From assembly GCF_006345805.1 (NCBI RefSeq), contig NC_043001.1, positions 14,074,001 through 14,138,000 of the forward strand: 64,000 nucleotides of DNA, written 5' to 3'. Both the position numbers and the translations under genes were made by a program. Positions 41,307 to 52,622 of the stretch are shown here, piece after piece (position 1 is the first letter of the stretch; the number at the start of each line of letters is the position of its first letter). The notes under the pieces are model-generated. The model was not told where the DNA came from, made no database searches, and saw nothing but the letters and a program-made list of their open reading frames with translations. This DNA is from Octopus sinensis. Lineage: Eukaryota.

Positions 41307-42725
41307 TCACTTACCTGTCCTTTGTTTTTCATAGTCACTTGAATGTTCTTTGCCAATACGAATAAATTCCATATCCATTCTTACTCCGAAATACTCATCC
41401 ATGTTTTCCACGAATTCATCGCTCATTCTTATATCTTTCACCTCCCAATTCTCGCATTCACACATCACCATAAAGTCACCTATGTTCTTCTTTTCAATCA
41501 CAGCATACCTAGTCTCACCAACATCATACCATTTATACTCTTCCATTAGACTTTTAACTTCTTTCTGTTCAGTCATAGTACAAATGTACGGCCTGATATC
41601 GATTTCAATCTCTTGTGTGTGTGTGTTCTTTTTTTTCTTTTGTTTTCTTGTTGGGGGGGAGCGGGTGGGTTCAATGTCTGCATGGATAGGGTGGGACTCA
41701 GAGGGCGTGGGTGGTTTTGGGGTGGATTGGAGTTCCATATTATTTTCTTTTCCACGTATTCTTCTCTTCCTCTTACTTCCAGCTTCCTTCCATTTCTGTG
41801 TATTCTCTTCCTCTGTTTCCTTCTCCTCTGGTTTCTGCTTCTCTCTCTCTGGTTCGGGATCCATTTCTTTCCCTGGGGGAGGGCAGAAGGCTCTTATGTG
41901 ACCCCTCAGGCCACACTTGTAACAACGTGGAGCCCTGCCCTCCACCCACACTCTCATGATCACTTCTCCCAGTCTGATGCTTTCCGTCAGGTCCACCAGT
42001 ACCTCGGTCTCTGCCTGTACGTTCAGCTCCACTGTTACGCCTCTCCAGCCCTCGGACTTAACCGAGGCATGGAGAATATCCACTTCGTCCTCGTGGCCGC
42101 TCCACTGATCACAGCCGCCACAATCCATTCTGCCTCCACGTTTGGTGGCACTCCCTCCACCCTTATTCGTGTAATCCTCCTGTTTAAATACGTAGGTAAC
42201 AGTGTTACCTTTTCCGACTTCACCGCCTTCGCTGCCATCTTCCTCGCTGCAGATTCACTTTTAAAGTGCACAACTACGGTCCCGTACTTGGATCCTCGAG
42301 TCAGAAAATTTATTTCCTCCTCAGTTCTTCGCAGGGCTTCCTCTATCCATTCCATGGATACAACTTCTACCCTCTTCCTTTCGTTTGCGCACACCCTGTA
42401 AACAATGGTCCTCTTATCATACCATTCTTTTCTCCTGGGTGTCGGTGATAGTTCCACCTCACCGCTTTCCTTTTTCATGTGTTTCTGGTAACTTGGTAGC
42501 TTGGCCAAGTCGACCCCTTTCTCTTCCGCCTTCTTGGTTACACCGGCATAAGTATAACTCAGCTTCTTTTCCAATTTCCGCTGCCATTTCTAGCTCCTTC
42601 TCAGACGTAGGCGAGTCTGATAAAGACTCGAAAACTCCAGCCTTTTCCTCCATCAGCTTCACTGCAATTGCCTGTTCCAGTTCCTCATCTGTCGTGGACA
42701 AGTCTGTTAGAGACTCATAGTCCAT
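41307..42725 (-). CDS. ORF1 protein, unit A2, frame-disrupted as assembled
   Basis: ORF-track fragments of 88, 179 and 273 aa tile the consensus. Confidence 0.7.
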
Positions 42726-43067
42726 TTCTTCTGTCTGACAGACCGAAAACGGCCGCCAAAACAGAAAAAAGTTTAACGCGCTGAACGAGCGAAACGCGAA
42801 ACCGCGTCAACGCCGTTCAGAATTTCCACAACAACAACCACGCTTTTTGTTCTTTTTTACCGAATTTTCAGGAGCCGAAAAAAACACAACCGACGTCAAA
42901 CGAAGTGGTGACGTTTCTTATTTCTTTATTACCCACTAGGGGCGACACAGAAAGGGACACTAAGAAACATGGGGACATATAACATTATAATTAAACTTTA
43001 TGAACATGAATTGTTAAACGAAAAAATGATTAAATGAAAGCGATACCAACGGCCCCGTCCGTCAGCA

Positions 43068-44480
43068 TCACTTACCTGTCCTTTTTTTCATAGTCACTTG
43101 AATGTTCCTTGCCAATACGAACAAATTCCATATCCATTCTTACTCCGAAATACTCATCCATATTTTCCACGAATTCATCGCTCATTCTTATATCTTTCAC
43201 CTCCCAATTCTCGCATTCACACATCACCATAAAGTCACCTATGTTCTTCTTTTCAATCACAGCATACCTAGTCTCACCAACATCATACCATTTATACTCT
43301 TCCATTAGACTTTTAACTTCTTTCTGTTCAGTCATAGTACAAATGTACGGCCTGATATCGATTTCAATCTCTTGTGTGTGTGTATTCTTTTTTTTCTTTT
43401 GTTTTCTTGTTGGGGGGGAGCGGGTGGGTTCAATGTCTGCATGGATAGGGTGGGACTCAGAGGGCGTGGGTGGTTTTGGGGTGGATTGGAGTTCCATATT
43501 ATTTTCTTTTCCACGTATTCTTCTCTTCCTCTTACTTCCAGCTTCCTTCCATTTCTGTGTATTCTCTTCCTCTGTTTCCTTCTCCTCTGGTTTCTGCTTC
43601 TCTCTCTCTGGTTCGGGATCCATTTCTTTCCCTGGGGGAGGGCAGAAGGCTCTTATGTGACCCCTCAGGCCACACTTGTAACAACGTGGAGCCCTGCCCT
43701 CCACCCACACTCTCATGATCACTTCTCCCAGTCTGATGCTTTCCGTCAGGTCCACCAGTACCTCGGTCTCTGCCTGTACGTTCAGCTCCACTGTTACGCC
43801 TCTCCAGCCCTCGGACTTAACCGAGGCATGGAGAATATCCACTTCGTCCTCGTGGCCGCTGATCACAGCCGCCACAATCCATTCTGCCTCCACGTTTGGT
43901 GGCACTCCCTCCACCCTTATTCGTGTAATCCTCCTGTTTAAATACGTAGGTAACAGTGTTACCTTTTCCGACTTCACCGCCTTCGCCGCCATCTTCCTCG
44001 CTGCAGATTCACTTTTAAATGCACAACTACGGTCCCATACTTGGATCCTCGAGTCAGAAAATTTATTTCCTCCTCAGTTCTTCGCAGGGCTTCCTCTATC
44101 CATTCCATGGTTACAACTTCTACCCTCTTCCTTTCGTTTGCGAACACCCTGTAAACAATGGTCCTCTTATCATACCATTCTTTTCTCCTGGGTGTCGGTG
44201 CCAGTTCCACCTCACCGCTTTCCTTTTTCATGTGTTTCTGGTAACTTGGTAGCTTGGCCAAGTCGACCCCTTTCTCTTCCGCCTTCTTGGTTACACCGGC
44301 ATAGGTATAACTCAGCTTCTCTTCCAAATTCCTCGCTGCCATTTCTAGCTCCTTCTCAGACGTAGGCGAGTCTGATAAAGACTCGAAAACTCCAGCCTTT
44401 TCTTCCATCAGCTTCATTGCAATTGCCCGTTCCAGTTCCTCATCTGTCGTGGACAAGTCTGTTAGAGACTCATAGTCCAT
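43068..44480 (-). CDS. ORF1 protein, unit A3, frame-disrupted as assembled
   Basis: Fragments of 168 and 306 aa tile the consensus. Confidence 0.7.
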
Positions 44481-44823
44481 TTCCTTCTGTCTGACAGACC
44501 GAAAACGGCCGCCAAAACAGAAAAAAGTTTAACGCGCTGAACGAGCGAAACGCGAAACCGCGTCAACGCCGTTCAGAATTTCCACAACAACAACAACGCT
44601 TTTTGTTCTTTTTTACCGAATTTTCAGGAGCCGAAAAAAACACAACCGACGTCAAACGAAGTGGTGACGTTTCTTATTTCTTTATTACCCACTAGGGGCG
44701 ACACAGAAAGGGACACTAAGAAACATGGGGACATATAACATTATAATTAAACTTTATGAACATGAATTGTTAAACGAAAAAATGATTAAATGAAAGCGAT
44801 ACCAACGGCCCCGTCCGTCAGCA

Positions 44824-46232
44824 TCACTTACCTGTCCTTTGTTTTTCATAGTCACTTGAATGTTCCTTGCCAATACGAACAAATTCCATATCCATTCTTA
44901 CTCCGAAATACTCATCCATATTTTCCACGAATTCATCGCTCATTCTTATATCTTTCACCTCCCAATTCTCGCATTCACACCTCCCCATAAACTCACCTAT
45001 GTTCTTCTTTTCAATCACAGCATACCTAGTCTCACCAACATCATACCATTTATACTCTTCCATTAGACTTTTAACTTCTTTCTGTTCAGTCATAGTACAA
45101 ATGTACATCCTGATATCGTTTTCAATCTCTTGTGTGTTTGTATTCTTTTTTTTCTTTTGTTTTCTTGTTGGGGGGGAGCGGGTGGGTTCAATGTCTGCAT
45201 GGATAGGGTGGGACTCAGAGGGCGTGGGTGGTTTTGGGGTGGATTGGAGTTCCATATTATTCTTTTCCACGTATTCTTCTCTTCCTCTTACTTCCAGCTT
45301 CCTTCCATTTCTGTGTATTCTCTTCCTCTGTTTCCTTCTCCTCTGGTTTCTGCTTCTCTCTCTCTGGTTCGGGATCCATTTCTTTCCTGGGGGAGGGCAG
45401 AAGGCTCTTATGTGACCCCTCAGGCCACACTTGTAACAACGTGGAGCCCTGCCCTCCACCCACACTCTCATGATCACTTCTCCAGTCTGATGCTTTCCGT
45501 CAGGTCCACCAGTACCTCGGTCTCTGCCTGTACGTTCAGCTCCACTGTTACGCCTCTCCAGCCCTCGGACTTAACCGAGGCATGGAGAATATCCACTTCG
45601 TCCTCGTGGCCGCTGATCACAGCCGCCACAATCCATTCTGCCTCCACGTTTGGTGGCACTCCTCCACCCTTATTCGTGTAATCCTCCTGTTTAAATACGT
45701 AGGTAACAGTGTTACCTTTTCCGACTTCACCGCCTTCGCCGCCATCTTCCTCGCTGCAGATTCACTTTTAAAATGCACAACTACGGTCCCATACTTGGAT
45801 CCTCGAGTCAGAAAATTTATTTCCTCCTCAGTTCTTCGCAGGGCTTCCTCTATCCATTCCATGGTTACAACTTCTACCCTCTTCCTTTCGTTTGCGAACA
45901 CCCTGTAAACAATGGTCCTCTTTCATACCATTCTTTTCTCCTGGGTGTCGGTGATAGTTCCACCTCACCGCTTTCCTTTTTCATGTGTTTCTGGTAACTT
46001 GGTAGCTTGGCCAAGTCGACCCCTTTCTCTTCCGCCTTCTTGGTTACACCGGCATAAGTATAACTCAGCTTCTTTTCCAATTCCTCGCTGCCATTTCTAG
46101 CTCCTTCTCAGACGTAGGCGAGTCTGATAAAGACTCGAAAACTCCAGCCTTTTCCTCCATCAGCTTCACTGCAATTGCCTGTTCCAGTTCCTCATCTGTC
46201 GTGGACAAGTCTGTTAGAGACTCATAGTCCAT
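44824..46232 (-). CDS. ORF1 protein, unit A4, frame-disrupted as assembled
   Basis: Multiple fragments tile the consensus. Confidence 0.7.
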
Positions 46233-46574
46233 TTCCTTCTGTCTGACAGACCGAAAACGGCCGCCAAAACAGAAAAAAGTTTAACGCGCTGAACGAGCGA
46301 AACGCGAAACCGCGTCAACGCCGTTCAGAATTTCCACAACAACAACAACGCTTTTTGTTCTTTTTTACCGAATTTTCAGGAGCCGAAAAAAACACAACCG
46401 ACGTCAAACGAAGTGGTGACGTTTCTTATTTCTTTATTACCCACTAGGGGCGACACAGAAAGGGACACTAAGAAACATGGGGACATATAAATTATAATTA
46501 AACTTTATGAACATGAATTGTTAAACGAAAAAATGATTAAATGAAAGCGATACCAACGGCCCCGTCCGTCAGCA

Positions 46575-47990
46575 TCACTTACCTGTCCTTTGTTTTTCAT
46601 AGTCACTTGAATGTTCCTTGCCAATACGAACAAATTCCATATCCATTCTTACTCCGAAATACTCATCCATATTTTCCACGAATTCATCGCTCATTCTTAT
46701 ATCTTTCACCTCCCAATTCTCGCATTCACACATCACCATAAAGTCACCTATGTTCTTCTTTTCAATCACAGCATACCTAGTCTCACCAACATCATACCAT
46801 TTATACTCTTCCATTAGACTTTTAACTTCTTTCTGTTCAGTCATAGTACAAATGTACGGCCTGATATCGATTTCAATCTCTTGTGTGTGTGTATTCTTTT
46901 TTTTCTTTTGTTTTCTTGTTGGGGGGGAGCGGGTGGGTTCAATGTCTGCATGGATAGGGTGGGACTCAGAGGGCGTGGGTGGTTTTGGGGTGGATTGGAG
47001 TTCCATATTATTTTCTTTTCCACGTATTCTTCTCTTCCTCTTACTTCCAGCTTCCTTCCATTTCTGTGTATTCTCTTCCTCTGTTTCCTTCTCCTCTGGT
47101 TTCTGCTTCTCTCTCTCTGGTTCGGGATCCATTTCTTTCCCTGGGGGAGGGCAGAAGGCTCTTATGTGACCCCTCAGGCCACACTTGTAACAACGTGGAG
47201 CCCTGCCCTCCACCCACACTCTCATGATCACTTCTCCCAGTCTGATGCTTTCCGTCAGGTCCACCAGTACCTCGGTCTCTGCCTGTACGTTCAGCTCCAC
47301 TGTTACGCCTCTCCAGCCCTCGGACTTAACCGAGGCATGGAGAATATCCACTTCGTCCTCGTGGCCGCTGATCACAGCCGCCACAATCCATTCTGCCTCC
47401 ACGTTTGGTGGCACTCCCTCCACCCTTATTCGTGTAATCCTCCTGTTTAAATACGTAGGTAACAGTGTTACCTTTTCCGACTTCACCGCCTTCGCTGCCA
47501 TCTTCCTCGCTGCAGATTCACTTTTAAAGTGCACAACTACGGTCCCGTACTTGGATCCTCGAGTCAGAAAATTTATTTCCTCCTCAGTTCTTCGCAGGGC
47601 TTCCTCTATCCATTCCATGGATACAACTTCTACCCTCTTCCTTTCGTTTGCGCACACCCTGTAAACAATGGTCCTCTTATCATACCATTCTTTTCTCCTG
47701 GGTGTCGGTGATAGTTCCACCTCACCGCTTCCTTTTTCATGTGTTTCTGGTAACTTGGTAGCTTGGCCAAGTCGACCCCTTTCTCTTCCGCCTTCTTGGT
47801 TACACCGGCATAAGTATAACTCAGCTTCTTTTCCAAATTCCTTCGCTGCCATTTCTAGCTCCTTCTCAGACGTAGGCGAGTCTGATAAAGACTCGAAAAC
47901 TCCAGCCTTTTCCTCCATCAGCTTCACTGCAATTGCCTGTTCCAGTTCCTCATCTGTCGTGGACAAGTCTGTTAGAGACTCATAGTCCAT
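46575..47990 (-). CDS. L1/Tx1-type ORF1 (gag-like) protein, unit A5, 471 aa open frame
   Basis: RRM-like segments GTVVVHFKSESAARKMA and TRIRVEGVPP, VWVEGRAPR-CYKCGLRGHIRAFC (CX2CX4HX4C), basic KRKRRIR and RKQKKKK; residues ~51-87 read a compensated alternative frame. Confidence 0.8.
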   Translation of the reverse strand: MDYESLTDLSTTDEELEQAIAVKLMEEKAGVFESLSDSPTSEKELEMAAKEFGKEAELYLCRCNQEGGRERGRLGQATKLPETHEKGSGEVELSPTPRRKEWYDKRTIVYRVCANERKRVEVVSMEWIEEALRRTEEEINFLTRGSKYGTVVVHFKSESAARKMAAKAVKSEKVTLLPTYLNRRITRIRVEGVPPNVEAEWIVAAVISGHEDEVDILHASVKSEGWRGVTVELNVQAETEVLVDLTESIRLGEVIMRVWVEGRAPRCYKCGLRGHIRAFCPPPGKEMDPEPEREKQKPEEKETEEENTQKWKEAGSKRKRRIRGKENNMELQSTPKPPTPSESHPIHADIEPTRSPPTRKQKKKKNTHTQEIEIDIRPYICTMTEQKEVKSLMEEYKWYDVGETRYAVIEKKNIGDFMVMCECENWEVKDIRMSDEFVENMDEYFGVRMDMEFVRIGKEHSSDYEKQRTGK

Positions 47991-48333
47991 TTCCTTCTGT
48001 CTGACAGACCGAAAACGGCCGCCAAAACAGAAAAAAGTTTAACGCGCTGAACGAGCGAAACGCGAAACCGCGTCAACGCCGTTCAGAATTTCCACAACAA
48101 CAACCACGCCCTTTGCTCCCTCTCACCGAACCTTCAGGAGCCGAAAAAAACACGACCGACGTCAAACGAAGTGGTGGCGTTTCTTATTTCTTTATTACCC
48201 ACTAGGGGCGACACAGAAAGGGACACTAAGAAACATGGGGACATATAACATTATAATTAAACTTTATGAACATGAATTGTTAAACGAAAAAATGATTAAA
48301 TGAAAGCGATACCAACGGCCCCGTCCGTCAGCA

Positions 48334-49738
48334 TCACTTACCTGTCCTTTGTTTTTCATAGTCACTTGAATGTTCCTTGCCAATACGAACAAATTCCATA
48401 TCCATTCTTACTCCGAAATACTCATCCATATTTTCCACGAATTCATCGCTCATTCTTATATCTTTCACCTCCCAATTCTCCATTCACACCTCCCATAAAG
48501 TCACCTATGTTCTTCTTTTCAATCACAGCATACCTAGTCTCACCAACATCATACCATTTATACTCTTCCATTAGACTTTTAACTTCTTTCTGTTCAGTCA
48601 TAGTACAAATGTACATCCTGATATCGTTTCAATCTCTTGTGTGTGTGTATTCTTTTTTTTCTTTTGTTTTCTTGTTGGGGGGGAGCGGGTGGGTTCAATG
48701 TCTGCATGGGAGGGTGGGACTCAGAGGGCGTGGGTGGTTTGGGGTGGATTGGAGTTCCATATTGTTTTCTTTTCCACGTATTCTTCTCTTCCTCTTACTT
48801 CCAGCTTCCTTCCATTTCTGTGTATTCTCTTCCTCTGTTTCCTTCTCCTCTGGTTTCTGCTTCTCTCTCTCTGGTTCGGATCCATTTCTTTCCCTGGGGG
48901 AGGGCAGAAGGCTCTTATGTGACCCCTCAGGCCACACTTGTAACAACGTGGAGCCCTGCCCTCCACCCACACTCTCATGATCACTTCTCCCAGTCTGATG
49001 CTTTCCGTCAGGTCCACCAGTACCTCGGTCTCTGCCTGTACGTTCAGCTCCACTGTTACGCCTCTCCAGCCCTCGGACTTAACCGAGGCATGGAGAATAT
49101 CTACTTCGTCCTCGTGGCCGCTGATCACAGCCGCCACAATCCATTCTGCCTCCACGTTTGGTGGCACTCCCTCCACCCTTATTCGTGTAATCCTCCTGTT
49201 TAAATACGTAGGTAACAGTGTTACCTTTTCCGACTTCACCGCCTTCGCGCCATCTTCCTCGCTGCAGATTCACTTTTAAAGTGCACAAACTAGTCCCATA
49301 CTTGGATCTCGAGTCAGAAAATTTATTTCCTCCTCAGTTCTTCGCAGGGCTTCCTCTATCCATTCCATGGATACAACTTCTACCCTCTTCCTTCGTTTGC
49401 GCACACCCTGTAAACAATGGTCCTCTTATCATACCATTCTTTTCTCCTGGGTGTCGGTGATAGTTCCACCTCACCGCTTTCCTTTTTCATGTGTTTCTGG
49501 TAACTTGGTAGCTTGGCCAAGTCGACCCCTTTCTCTTCCGCCTTCTTGGTTACACGGCATAAGTATAACTCAGCTTCTTTTCCAATTTCCTTGCTGCCAT
49601 TTCTAGCTCCTTCTCAGACGCAGACAAGTCTGATAAAGACTCGAAATCTCCAGCCTTTTCCTCCATCAGCTTCACTGCAATTGCCTGTTCCAGTTCCTCA
49701 TCTGTCGTGGACAAGTCTGTTAGAGACTCATAGTCCAT
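48334..49738 (-). CDS. ORF1 protein, unit A6, frame-disrupted as assembled
   Basis: Homologous to A5; many 1-bp deletions. Confidence 0.65.
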
Positions 49739-50094
49739 TTCCTTCTGTCTGACAGACCGAAAACGGCCGCCAAAACAGAAAAAAGTTTAACGCGCTGAAC
49801 GAGCGAAACGCGAAACCGCGTCAACGCCGTTCAGAATTTCCACAACAACAACCACGCTTTTTGTTCTTTTTTACCGAATTTTACAGAGCGTAAAAAAACA
49901 CGACCGACGTCAAACGAAGTGGTGACGTTTCTGATTTCTTTATTACCCACTAGGGGCTACATAGAGGGGACATTACAAACATTGGGGACATAGAACATCA
50001 CAATTACATATATATGAGCAAAATGGAATATGAAAATGATATATGAGAGTGATACCGACGGCCCCATCCGCCAGCATCACTTATCTGTCCTTCT

Positions 50095-51410
50095 TCACCC
50101 ATTTCCAATTAGCATTCCTTGTTTTCCTATCACAACATTCGTTTTTCTTTTAGCCATCTCTATCCATTCATCTTTCATTTCCACTGACCTCCAACACACA
50201 CCCTCTTCCTCAAACCTTCTCATCAATATACCCGTATCATCACTATCCACAGCCGTGTAGCTACAATCTTCGTGTTCGTACCACTTGGTTAACACCTGTT
50301 TTTTAACGTTTTGTATGTCTTTCCCATGTATAACACATAAAAAATGGGTCTCGGGACTTTCTTTGCTCTGTGTGTTATGTTTTGGATTTTCTTGTAGGAG
50401 GGGAGTGGGTGGAATCACTGTTTGCCGGGGAGGGTCGGGACTCCAAGGGTATGGGTGGTGAGGGGTGGGTTGGGGCTTCGCACAGTTTTTCTTTTTCCTT
50501 CTTTTTCTCTTTGTTCCCCTTCTTTCCACTCTTGTTGCATCTCCTTCTGTCGTTTCCTTCTCTGTTTGTTTCTGTTTATTTTTCCTCTCCTGGGGCTTCC
50601 TCAACGCTTTCCTTTTCTTTTCCTTTGGTGGGGGGGCAGTAGGCTCTTATGTGACCCCTTTGGCCACACTTGTAGCACCTGGGCGCCCTACCTCCACCCA
50701 CACTCTCATAATAATATTTCCAGTTTTATGCTTGTCCGTAATCCTCTCTATAACATCCGCCTCCGTTTGAATGTTCATAACTAGTGTGGCACCTCTCACG
50801 CCTTCATACTTCAAATGGCGTGGAGGATGTCCACTTTATCTTCATTTCCTTTTATAACCGCAGCCGTTATTATTCGCCCTCTAGGTGTGGAGGTATTCCT
50901 TCCACCCTAATTCTGGTTGTCCGCCTATTCAGATACGAGGGTAACAAGTAAAACTTTTCAGTACTCACCACCTTGGCTGCTACATTCCTGGCTGCTTTTT
51001 CACTTTTAAATTGCACCGTTATGGTTCCGTATTGTAATCCTTTTGTCATGTACACAATTTCCTCTCCTGTCTGCTTGAGAGCCTCTTCAATTGCTTCCAT
51101 GTTAATTACTTCCATCTTTCTCCCTCCATTCATAAAAACTTTATATTTAATGGTTCTACGATGGAACCAGTCTCCGTGCCCTACTGGAGGCAGCAGCTCG
51201 ACCTCTCCGTTTTCGTCCTCCTTCACAAACTCCTGGAGGCCCGTCAACTTAGCCAGGTCTATCTCTCTTTCCATTGACTTCTTCGTTACACCTGCGTAGG
51301 TGCCTTCCATCTTTTTCAACAGCCAACTCCTCCTCAGATGACGATACTTCCGTCGAAATTTCAGAGAAATTTCTCGCCTCCATCTCCTCCGTTTGATGGA
51401 GGCGGCTCAT
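50095..51410 (-). CDS. Diverged ORF1 paralogue, unit B, frame-disrupted as assembled
   Basis: TYAGVTKK...DLAKL, LLPSYLNRRTTRIRVEGIPP and reconstructed CYKCGQRGHIRAYC; ATG at the position homologous to type A. Confidence 0.7.
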
Positions 51411-52584
51411 AATCGCCTCAGACCGAAAACGGGCCTCCCGAACCGAAAAAGTGTGCAACGCGCAGAACCAGTGAAACGCGAAAACCGCATCAACTACGTT
51501 CAAAATTTCACAACAATAACCATTCACTTTTTGTTCTTTTTTACCGAATTTTCAGGAGCCGAAAAAAACACAACCGACGTCAAACGAAAGTGGGTAGTGT
51601 TCGTTTCTTCCATCCAATATTTATATCGACTATTAGTATATAAATTTTTACTGGTATATATCAGTCATCTGTAACTTATTATTGGTCAGTGTGTGTTATA
51701 TTTTGACTATTACTGCCTACATACATACATACGTACATACATGCATACGAGTGTGTAAGTGTGTATGAAATAAATCAGTGTTTAATGTGAAAATGTCTAC
51801 TTTGATGGGCGATTCTACTTTGAAAGAAGGGACAAATTCTAAAATATATTGAAAAATTAATTTTTTATGGAAAATACCGAAACAAACACTTGATAAATTA
51901 TATTACAATATAATTTATCAGAATCTCTTAATGGGTACCATCGCCTGTTTCTCGTTCTATTTTTCTTTCTACCCAAACCCCACCATTTTTTGTTTTGTTT
52001 TGTTTTATTATTGGAAATATTACTGATCATATATGTACAAATTTTCTTTCATTTTTTTTTAAAATACATTTTCACTTTTGCTTATTAATAATGTTGCTGC
52101 TGACTCTATGCGAAGCTTTGGACCATCAATTTACTTATTGAAATTAAAAGTAATTTATCTTATAAAATTCCTCCAAGCAAAGATATAATCTCTATCAAGT
52201 TACACCCGTCAAAGAATATTTTCCAAACTATAAAGGCATTGTTGTTCTGAACAAAACAACTCAAATATTGATTTCCACAGATCAAAATGTTCGTGAATAT
52301 GTTATGTTCTCTTTCCTTATATATATATAAGGAGTGGTTGTGTGGTAAGTAGCTTGCTTACGAACCACATGGTTCCGTGTTCAGTCCTACTACGTGGCAC
52401 CATGGGCAAGTGTCTTCTAAGCCTTGTGAGTGGATTTGGTAGACGAAAAACTGAAAGAAGCCAGTCGTTTACATGTGTGTGTGTGTGTGTGTGTGTGACC
52501 GATAGAATAAGTAGTAGGCTTACAAAGAATAAGTCCTGGGGTCGATTTGCTCGACTAAAAGCAGTGAAGCAAAAAAAAAGGAAG

Positions 52585-52619
<35 letters not shown>

Positions 52620-52622
<3 letters not shown>

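Larger units (their letters stand above)
39405..51607 (-). mobile_element. Head-to-tail array of seven ORF1-only non-LTR elements (six type A, one diverged type B)
   Basis: Units 39405-41156, 41157-42917, 42918-44673, 44674-46425, 46426-48183, 48184-49931, 49932-51607; each has a ~190-nt 5' UTR, a ~1.4-kb ORF and a ~150-nt 3' UTR ending TAATAAAGAAAT(A/C)A. Confidence 0.85.

Noticed and set aside
39521-50784. Plus-strand ORFs of 180-260 aa overlapping the array
   Set aside because: Antisense shadows of the purine-rich minus-strand ORF; no motifs, and not evidently conserved in unit B.
39405-51607. Interpretation as an LTR retrotransposon or endogenous retrovirus gag cluster
   Set aside because: No LTRs, PBS, PPT, protease or recognisable capsid motif; layout and tail fit non-LTR ORF1.
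39405-51607. Telomeric (HeT-A-like) role
   Set aside because: No telomeric repeats, and ordinary repeat-rich sequence continues on both sides; only the architecture is analogous.
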